This document shows positions 7,309 through 14,452 of a stretch of DNA of 40,469 nucleotides, one piece after another (positions within the stretch are counted from its first letter, which is position 1; each line of letters starts with the position of its first letter). Both the position numbers and the translations under genes were made by a program. Under the pieces are notes generated by a model. The model worked only from the letters and a program-made list of their open reading frames with translations, did no database searches and had not been told where the DNA came from. Source of the stretch: a bacterium (GTDB lineage: Bacteria > CLD3 > SB21); the NCBI GenBank assembly GCA_013360215.1, contig JABWCP010000006.1, positions 1 through 40,469 of the forward strand, given 5' to 3'.

Positions 7309-8415
7309 ATGAAAAACTATACGCACACCACGATACCGGTACGGACTTTGGCATCAGGTCAAATTCTGAATATAGATGTCTTTCGTTTTGAAGGTGATCC
7401 GTCTGTGCCGTCGGCATATATACAATCCGGCATGCACGGTGCGGAATTACAAGGTACCGCCGTGATTGATTTTTTAATTCGTTTTTTTACAGATCACCCG
7501 CCCAAAGGCACGGTGACACTTGTCCCGGCGGCCAACCCTTATGCACTAAATAATAAAACCGGAGAATATACGCAGGGAAGATTTGATCCGACGTATGGCG
7601 ATAATTGGAATCGCCTTTATTGGGATGCTTTGAATAATGAAGACGGCATAGACATAGAAAACTTGGTTAAAACCATTCGCAGCGATGCACAAAATAGTAT
7701 TCAAAAAATTTTACGACATGAGCTGACCCGTAAACTGGAACAGCAACTGCAGAAGCCGCTTACGGAAATGGGTTATGGCCGCAAACTGGCGTTGACTTTA
7801 CAACGTATGGCTGTCGAGGCGGATAGTGTGCTTGACCTTCATTGCGCTTCGCATTCGGTACGCCATGTGTATGCGCCGGAGTATGCGCGTCAAACCGTGA
7901 GGTATTTGAATATTCCGTATGTTTTATTTATTCCCAATCTTTTTGCCGGTGCAATGGATGAAGCGGTATTTTGCCCTTGGTGGACATTAAGTCAAAAGCT
8001 AAGTGTGCCGTGCCCCGTTGAAGCCTATACGATCGAACTCGGCAATCAGGAAGCTTACTCCGCAAAAGATGCGCGCGGCGATGCGATGGGTATTATTAAT
8101 TATTTAGTGCACAGGGGAACATGCGACCCGATAAAACCAAAAGGCCGTGATAGCGCGGAGTCCCTATTCGCATGCCGTTTACAAGACTATAAAACTATCT
8201 ATAGCCCGACCGGAGGATTGTGTGAATTTAGTACGGTTACCGGTGGGATCGTTCCGGCACAGGAGCCGCTGGCGGTTATACTCACTAAAGCGGGGAATGA
8301 AAAAATATCGGTGGCATTACCCTATGATTGTATTCCGATCGTGCAATATTCATCCGCGGCTTTGCATCAAGGGGTCGAATTGCTCAAAGTATTTTCGAAA
8401 TGGGAAGTAATGTGA
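7309..8415 (+). CDS. Succinylglutamate desuccinylase/aspartoacylase (AstE/AspA, M14-type Zn hydrolase) family protein
   Basis: HGAE (HxxE), NWNR, LDLH, TIELG catalytic Glu, and a C-terminal biotinyl/lipoyl-like hairpin region. Starts 1 nt after the lysA stop. Confidence 0.88.
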   Translation: MKNYTHTTIPVRTLASGQILNIDVFRFEGDPSVPSAYIQSGMHGAELQGTAVIDFLIRFFTDHPPKGTVTLVPAANPYALNNKTGEYTQGRFDPTYGDNWNRLYWDALNNEDGIDIENLVKTIRSDAQNSIQKILRHELTRKLEQQLQKPLTEMGYGRKLALTLQRMAVEADSVLDLHCASHSVRHVYAPEYARQTVRYLNIPYVLFIPNLFAGAMDEAVFCPWWTLSQKLSVPCPVEAYTIELGNQEAYSAKDARGDAMGIINYLVHRGTCDPIKPKGRDSAESLFACRLQDYKTIYSPTGGLCEFSTVTGGIVPAQEPLAVILTKAGNEKISVALPYDCIPIVQYSSAALHQGVELLKVFSKWEVM

Positions 8416-8429
8416 ATTCGGGCAACAAT

Positions 8430-8483
8430 AAAAATCCCTCATGAAACAAGGATGATTGGCATGCCTTGATACCGATGAGGGAT
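8430..8483 (-). terminator. Terminator hairpin between the convergent lysine operon and rny
   Basis: ATCCCTCAT (8434-8442)/ATGAGGGAT (8475-8483) with inner CAAGG/CCTTG; followed by a T run on the minus strand. Confidence 0.65.
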
Positions 8484-8509
8484 ATAATCTTTTAAATTGT
8501 CAGAGAATA

Positions 8510-10072
8510 CTATTTTGCAATATCCACGGCACGGTATTCGCGAATCACCGTGATTTTGATCTGTCCGGGATATTCCATTTCGGTTTCGATACGTTGTGCG
8601 ATATCGTCGGCCGTTTGAATAGCGCGGTTATCGTCGAGTGTCGCATAATCAACCATCACACGTATTTCCCGCCCGGCCTGAACGACAAACGCTTCGCGTA
8701 CGCCGTTGAAGCTCATCGCAATTTGTTCCAATTTATTGAGGCGCTTCAGATAATTATTCAGCACTTCTTTTTGTGCGCCCGGACGTTCTTTGCTCAGCAT
8801 ATTCGCCGTGTACAAAATCACGTTGATAGGGTGGGCGATCATCGGGTCGTCATGATGAAATAAAATGGCATTTTGAACGACGGCGTTTTCACCGAATTTA
8901 CGTGCCAATTCGGCGCCCACGACGGCATGCGGTTGATCGGAGCGGTCGGCGGCAAATCCGATATCATGCAGTATCGCAGCGCGTTTGGCAAGTTGTGCGT
9001 CAAAACCTAATTCGGATGCGATCATACCGGCAATGGCGGCCGTTTCCATACTATGTTGCAGGAGATTCTGTCCGTACTGATGACGGTATTTGAGTTTGCC
9101 GAGCAGTTTGACTATTTCGACATGGGCGCCGTGTATACCGACTTCAAAAAGCGCCTGTTCTCCGGTATTCATGATATGTTCATCGAAATCCCGTCTGGCT
9201 TTTTCGTACACATCTTCGATACGACCCGGATGAATACGTCCGTCCGTGATCAGTGCTTCCAACGTTTTTCGTGCGATTTCACGACGGATCGGATCAAATC
9301 CCGAAATCATGATCGTATTGGGCGTATCGTCAATCATGATCTCGCAACCCGTAATGGATTCGAAGGCACGGATATTACGCCCTTCACGCCCGATGATACG
9401 GCCTTTCATTTCATTACTCGGCAGTTTAAATGCAGTAACCGTGCTTTCAGTCACGTGATGCATGGCCGTACGTTGTACGGCTTGCAACATGATATTTTTG
9501 ATCTGATCTTTGGCCTGTATTTGCGCTTGTTCTTTGATATTGCGAATGGATTTGGCCGCATCTTCTTTGGCCTTTTCCAGCATATTGGCCATCAGCACCT
9601 GTTTGGCCTCTTCCGTCGTCATGCGTGCGATGGTTTCCAGTTTATCGTTCTGGTTTTTGATCATCGCTTCAAGTTGTTCGGTTTTTTTGGTGACTTCTTG
9701 AAGTTTTGTCTGCACTTGTTGTTGTTTCTGATCGACGTCTTTTTCTTTACGCGTCAGCAAATCTCCTTTTTGCTCTACGGCACGTTCGCGCTTGAGTAAT
9801 TCATCTTGCTGGTTTTTGATCTGAATGCGCGTGCTTTTGGTTTGCTCGTCAAACTCATGGCGTTTTTTATACCATTCATCGCTGACTTCGATGAGCTTTT
9901 CTTTTTTGAGATTTTCCGCATCGGACTGGGCCGTTTTGCGAATTTGCTGGGCTTCTTCATCGGCTTCGCGAATGCGTTTGGCTACGGCGATTTTAGTCGC
10001 GTACACTTGCCCAAAAAGAAAGGCCGCTACGGCGGATACCAGCGCTGCTAAAATAAAAATAGCAATTTCCAT
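8510..10072 (-). CDS. rny: Ribonuclease Y (HD domain degenerate at one metal ligand)
   Basis: N-terminal TM helix, coiled coil, KH motif MKGRIIGREGRNIR, DGRIHPGRIE, YGQNLLQHS, LHDIG, QAGREIRV, YPGQIKITVIRE. Confidence 0.96.
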   Translation of the reverse strand: MEIAIFILAALVSAVAAFLFGQVYATKIAVAKRIREADEEAQQIRKTAQSDAENLKKEKLIEVSDEWYKKRHEFDEQTKSTRIQIKNQQDELLKRERAVEQKGDLLTRKEKDVDQKQQQVQTKLQEVTKKTEQLEAMIKNQNDKLETIARMTTEEAKQVLMANMLEKAKEDAAKSIRNIKEQAQIQAKDQIKNIMLQAVQRTAMHHVTESTVTAFKLPSNEMKGRIIGREGRNIRAFESITGCEIMIDDTPNTIMISGFDPIRREIARKTLEALITDGRIHPGRIEDVYEKARRDFDEHIMNTGEQALFEVGIHGAHVEIVKLLGKLKYRHQYGQNLLQHSMETAAIAGMIASELGFDAQLAKRAAILHDIGFAADRSDQPHAVVGAELARKFGENAVVQNAILFHHDDPMIAHPINVILYTANMLSKERPGAQKEVLNNYLKRLNKLEQIAMSFNGVREAFVVQAGREIRVMVDYATLDDNRAIQTADDIAQRIETEMEYPGQIKITVIREYRAVDIAK

Positions 10073-10102
10073 GATTGTCTTGATCTAACTCCGTTGATCT
10101 AT

Positions 10103-10150
10103 AAAAAAACCCTGTGACCTTCGGGCGCTGTGCGCCAAAGGACAACAGGG
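10103..10150 (-). terminator. Bulged hairpin plus U7 between zapA and rny
   Basis: Minus strand reads CCCTGT-TGT-CCTT-T-GGCGC-ACA-GCGCC-CG-AAGG-TC-ACAGGG-TTTTTTT. Confidence 0.7.
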
Positions 10151-10169
10151 GATAATGTCAGAGTGAAGA

Positions 10170-10529
10170 CTATTTCTGCGAAAAAAGATTGATTTCTTCG
10201 GCAGCCGATTGTTCGTTAGCCTCAGGTGTCAGGTCCAGCGTTTCGGGCAGGGGGGCCTGCGTCAGCATGTCCAGCATTTTCTGAGCCTTGTTTTCCATCG
10301 TTTCAATCGTCTTCGTTTGATCGGCGCTGGTTTTGAAAAACTCGTCCGTAATATTCAGCGCCGCAAGGATCGCCACTTTGAGCGGGGATTTGATCGCACC
10401 GCTTTTGTTGATCTCTTTCATCTTTTGGTCTACATAATCGGCAATTGCGCGAATGTGATCGGCGTTATCATCGCCTTTGATCACATATTCGCTGCCGTAG
10501 ATGTTGACTTTGACGGAACTCTTATCCAC
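10170..10529 (-). CDS. zapA: Cell division protein ZapA
   Basis: VKVNIYGSEY, IADYVDQKMKEI, KVAILAALNITDE; GTG start; canonical pheT-zapA-rny synteny. Confidence 0.93.
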   Translation of the reverse strand: MDKSSVKVNIYGSEYVIKGDDNADHIRAIADYVDQKMKEINKSGAIKSPLKVAILAALNITDEFFKTSADQTKTIETMENKAQKMLDMLTQAPLPETLDLTPEANEQSAAEEINLFSQK

Positions 10530-10542
10530 TGTTATCGCAAAA

Positions 10543-10989
10543 TTAAATAATTTTTTCCAACTCGTTTATTTTATTCAAAACACTTTCTAATTGCACCCGC
10601 ATGCGCGTTCTGAATTCGGGATCCAGCATCGCTTTAGGTTCAGAACGTATTTCCACGGTCTGTGCCGGGGACTCACTGCCGCGTTTTAGTTCATCGGCCT
10701 CACGGCGAAGGGCGTTATACGCATCCTGCAATTCCTGATACGCCGCATCTTTGGTCTTGATCAGGTTTTGTTGCCGCCGGACGATTTTTTCTTTGTCGTC
10801 GAGTTCACGCTGTTTTTCGGCAACGGCTTCCGTCACCTGATGGTCCGCTTGCTGCGTGATCTCCTGCAAACGTCCGATCTCCGCATACGCATCATGCAGA
10901 TCCTGTAGCAATTTTTTTAACCGGATTTCCACCAAATCAAGGGAGCCGGCACTGCGTGTACGTGAATGTTTTTCGGATGCTCGCGCCAA
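10543..10989 (-). CDS. Coiled-coil protein at the ZapB-like position
   Basis: Heptad-rich sequence ending MRVQLESVLNKINELEKII, between pheT and zapA. TTG start is uncertain. Confidence 0.7.
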   Translation of the reverse strand: MARASEKHSRTRSAGSLDLVEIRLKKLLQDLHDAYAEIGRLQEITQQADHQVTEAVAEKQRELDDKEKIVRRQQNLIKTKDAAYQELQDAYNALRREADELKRGSESPAQTVEIRSEPKAMLDPEFRTRMRVQLESVLNKINELEKII

Positions 10990-11004
10990 TTTTGTTATTA
11001 CCTG

Positions 11005-13413
11005 TTATCGCAGTTTTGCGCCAAATTGATTTTCGACATACGCGATGATGGATTGCATCGTCGCATCGATCTCATCCTCCGTCAGAGTACGTTCGACGGA
11101 TTCGAATCGCAACGCAAACGCGAGGCTTTTTTGACCTTGTGTTACCTGATTGCCGTGATACACATCAAATACTTCCAAGTTGGTCAAATGCGCACCGGCC
11201 TTGGACCGTATGGCATTCTGTATCACGCCGGCCTGCATTTTTTCATCCACGATCAAGGCCAAGTCGCGGCGAATAAATGGAAATCTGGAAATCAGATCAA
11301 ATGTTTTTCTGAATTTTCCGATACGTCGTAAAACATCGTAATCTATTTCGAAAGCCCAAACGGTCGTGTCAATATCCAATGCCCGTAAGACCGCATTCTG
11401 TATACGTCCAAAGCGACCAAGTGTTAATACCTGAGAATCCGAAGCAAGACAGGATATGGAAACCGAATTGGGCGCAAATACGAAAGAATGATAAGGATTA
11501 TACTGTAGCGAATCAAGCCAAAACTTCCCCATAATCCGATCGACAATGCCCTTAAGATCATAATAATCTACGGCACGGGGTTTGGTTGCCCAGTGGGTAG
11601 GGGCGCTTTGGCCGACGATACAACCGGCCAATACGTTACGTTCCGCCGGCAGTGGATCGCCCTCGTTGCGGTACGTCCGCCCGATTTCATAGATCTGCAT
11701 GCTGTCGTTTTTACGAAATAGATTACCGCGTACGACTTCCAGCAAACTCGGCAGCATGGAAATGCGCATGACGGACATGTCTTCGCTGATGGGGTTCATC
11801 AGGCGCACAAAATACTTTTCACCCTCCGGTTCGACGGCCATCTGCGATGACGGATGTACCATGGCATTGGTATATACTTCCGATAAACCGGCTTCACGTA
11901 AAGCGGCGCGGGTTTGGTGCATCATTTTTTCGCCGGAAGGCGGTTCGTGATGATAGTGTCCGTAGGCGCCGGTACTGGGACGGATGCGATCAAAACCGTA
12001 AATGCGGGCCACTTCATCAATCAGATTTTCCTCGATTTCGATATCTACGCGATGCGATGGCGCGGTGACGATAAATGAACCGTCGCCGTTATTGATGACG
12101 CCAAAGCCAAGGCGCGTAAGAATATCCGCGATATCGTTGTCGGGGATTTCTTGACCGATAAGGCGCGTAACCGATGCCGAGCGCAATGTGATCACCGCCG
12201 GTTTGGTTATTGAAAAGTTAACATCCAATACACCGGCGAGAATTTCGCCCCCGGCCAGTTCATGCATCAGTTGTGCGGCGCGCTGGATGGCGTAGATCAC
12301 GCCTTCGGGGTTGATGCCCCGGCCAAAACGATTGGATGCTTCCGACATGATGCCGAGATGTTTGGATGAGCGGCGAATTCGTTTTCCGTCAAAATGGGCC
12401 GATTCGAGGAGAACATTTTTGGTCGAATCCGAAATTTCCGAATTTTTTCCGCCCATGATACCGCCGATAGCGATCATTTTTTCGCCGTCGCAGATCATCA
12501 CTGTTTCATCATTGAGTGTGTGCGACTTATCATCCAGCGTTTGAAACGTATCGCCTTTGCGGGATTTACGCACGATGATTTTGTGGCCGGCCAGATGATC
12601 GTAGTCGAAAGCGTGCAGCGGTTGGCCGCATTCCAGCATGACAAAATTGGTAATGTCCACGATGTTGTTGATCGAACGAATACCTACGGCTTCGAGTCGT
12701 TTGACCAGCCAATCCGGCGAGGGGCCGATCGTGACGTTGCGTATGACGCGGCCGGCATAGCGTGTGCAGCCTTCGCGATCTTCGATAGCGATAGACGCAT
12801 GCGCTTCGGCTTTTTCCGAGGATTCGATGACACGCACGTCGGGCATACGGATGGTCGTATTTTCGATCATGGCGATCTCGCGTGCCATGCCGAGCATATG
12901 GAGGCAATCGGGACGATTGCTGGTCACATCAATATCCAGTACGACTTCGCCGCTTCCGATAAACGCAGCAAACGATTGACCTAAGGTATGCGGCGTTGTA
13001 GAATCAAGTTCCCAAATGCCGGGCGACTTGCCGGTTTCAAATCCCAATTCGCTTTTGGAGCAAATCATACCGCAGGATTCTTCGCCGCGAATTTTTGCTT
13101 TTTTGATTTCAAAATTTCCCGGCATCATCGTGCCGATCGTAGCGATGGGGGCCAATTGGCCGGCTTTGACGTTGGGCGCTCCGCAGACGATGTTCAGTAT
13201 GTCCGTGCCGACATCTACCTTGGTGAGAGACAGTTTATCGGCATTGGGATGCTTGGTTACTTCGAGCACTTTACCGAGGACCACACCTTTGAAAGGATCA
13301 TTTTCCAAAATGGCTTCGACATTAAGTCCATTCATCGTAAGACGATGGGCCAGCTCTTGCGGGGACAACTTGATATCAACATAATCCTTGATCCAAGTCA
13401 GGGAAATCTTCAT
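11005..13413 (-). CDS. pheT: Phenylalanine--tRNA ligase beta subunit
   Basis: MKISLTWI, HPNADKL, VCGAPNV, DVTSNRPD, INNIVDITNFVMLECGQPLHAFD, RRDLA, KSLAF FDX-ACB domain. Confidence 0.99.
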   Translation of the reverse strand: MKISLTWIKDYVDIKLSPQELAHRLTMNGLNVEAILENDPFKGVVLGKVLEVTKHPNADKLSLTKVDVGTDILNIVCGAPNVKAGQLAPIATIGTMMPGNFEIKKAKIRGEESCGMICSKSELGFETGKSPGIWELDSTTPHTLGQSFAAFIGSGEVVLDIDVTSNRPDCLHMLGMAREIAMIENTTIRMPDVRVIESSEKAEAHASIAIEDREGCTRYAGRVIRNVTIGPSPDWLVKRLEAVGIRSINNIVDITNFVMLECGQPLHAFDYDHLAGHKIIVRKSRKGDTFQTLDDKSHTLNDETVMICDGEKMIAIGGIMGGKNSEISDSTKNVLLESAHFDGKRIRRSSKHLGIMSEASNRFGRGINPEGVIYAIQRAAQLMHELAGGEILAGVLDVNFSITKPAVITLRSASVTRLIGQEIPDNDIADILTRLGFGVINNGDGSFIVTAPSHRVDIEIEENLIDEVARIYGFDRIRPSTGAYGHYHHEPPSGEKMMHQTRAALREAGLSEVYTNAMVHPSSQMAVEPEGEKYFVRLMNPISEDMSVMRISMLPSLLEVVRGNLFRKNDSMQIYEIGRTYRNEGDPLPAERNVLAGCIVGQSAPTHWATKPRAVDYYDLKGIVDRIMGKFWLDSLQYNPYHSFVFAPNSVSISCLASDSQVLTLGRFGRIQNAVLRALDIDTTVWAFEIDYDVLRRIGKFRKTFDLISRFPFIRRDLALIVDEKMQAGVIQNAIRSKAGAHLTNLEVFDVYHGNQVTQGQKSLAFALRFESVERTLTEDEIDATMQSIIAYVENQFGAKLR

Positions 13414-13458
13414 GAAAACTCCGTATATTGAAACGTGATCGTATATTTGCGTAGTGCA

Positions 13459-13487
13459 AGAATATGACCTAAATGTATTTTAATCAA
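13459..13487 (-). promoter_or_regulatory. Putative sigma70 promoter of pheT
   Basis: Minus strand TTGATT (13487-13482), 17-nt spacer, TATTCT (13464-13459). Confidence 0.55.
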
Positions 13488-13512
13488 GGGTTTTTAACCT
13501 GAGGAGCGTGTC

Positions 13513-14316
13513 ATGATCAAGAAATTTATGGTGCCCGAAGATAAAAAAATTTCACTCAAGGACTATGATCCGGATGAAACCCTCGGTTACGAAAACGATG
13601 ATTCCGTCAAGGAAGAGTTTAAAAAGCTCAATCTGAAGATGATTGATCTGCAAGAACTCTTATATGCCGAAAAAGAAAAATCACTTCTGATCATATTGCA
13701 GGCCATGGATGCCGGCGGTAAAGATGGTACGATCAAACACGTGATGCGCGGACTCAATCCGCAAAGTTGCGTGGTGCATAGCTTCAAAGGCCCGAGCGAA
13801 GAAGAACGTTCGCATGATTTTTTATGGCGTATTCACCAAAAAGTGCCGGCGAAGGGGTATGTATGTATTTTTAACCGGTCGCATTACGAAGATGTGCTTG
13901 TGACGCGCGTTCACGGATGGATCAATGATAAAACAGCAAAACAGCGGTTTAATCAAATCAACGAATTTGAAGAGTTGCAGGCGGAAAACGGTGTCACGAT
14001 CATCAAATTCTTTCTGCATATTTCCAAAGAAGAGCAGCGCAAGCGTCTCCAGGAACGGTTGGACGATAAATCCAAACATTGGAAGTTTTCAGCCAACGAT
14101 CTCAAAGAACGTGCGATGTGGGGACAATACATGGATGCATTCGAAGATGTATTTAACCACACCAGTAAAAAACATGCGCCGTGGTATGTGATTCCTTCCA
14201 ATAAAAAATGGTTTCGTAATTTGGCTACGGCCAATATACTGGTAGATACGCTCAAATCCCTTGATATGAAGTATCCCAAACCCAAGCAGGATTTTTCAAA
14301 TCTTGTGATCGAATAA
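13513..14316 (+). CDS. ppk2: Polyphosphate kinase 2 family (probably class III polyP:nucleotide phosphotransferase)
   Basis: QAMDAGGKDGTIK Walker A, PSEEERSHDFLWR, FNRSHYEDV, KFFLHISKEEQ, WKFSANDLKER, APWYVIP. Confidence 0.93.
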   Translation: MIKKFMVPEDKKISLKDYDPDETLGYENDDSVKEEFKKLNLKMIDLQELLYAEKEKSLLIILQAMDAGGKDGTIKHVMRGLNPQSCVVHSFKGPSEEERSHDFLWRIHQKVPAKGYVCIFNRSHYEDVLVTRVHGWINDKTAKQRFNQINEFEELQAENGVTIIKFFLHISKEEQRKRLQERLDDKSKHWKFSANDLKERAMWGQYMDAFEDVFNHTSKKHAPWYVIPSNKKWFRNLATANILVDTLKSLDMKYPKPKQDFSNLVIE

Positions 14317-14335
14317 AATTAGTTTGATTTTTTTT

Positions 14336-14370
14336 CACAAATCCCCGGCCATAAACCGGGGATTTGTGTT
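14336..14370 (+). terminator. Hairpin after ppk2
   Basis: CACAAATCCCCGG-CCATAAA-CCGGGGATTTGTG, a perfect 13-bp stem with a weak U tract. Confidence 0.6.
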
Positions 14371-14452
14371 ATAAAATATTCCGTTGATCTATCGCAACGG
14401 ATAGTGTAACTTTGGGGCGTCCTTTCAATCATACCTTTGGGAGAAAAACTTC

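Noticed and set aside
9053-9799. 248-aa plus-strand ORF, and similar long antisense ORFs at 3168-3728, 12394-12984, 29829-30359 and 37762-38325
   Set aside because: They lie largely or wholly antisense to well-supported genes and show no recognisable motifs; typical codon-bias shadows.
10522-10530. DnaA-box-like TTATCCACT
   Set aside because: A single imperfect copy overlapping the zapA start, with no box cluster or unwinding element.
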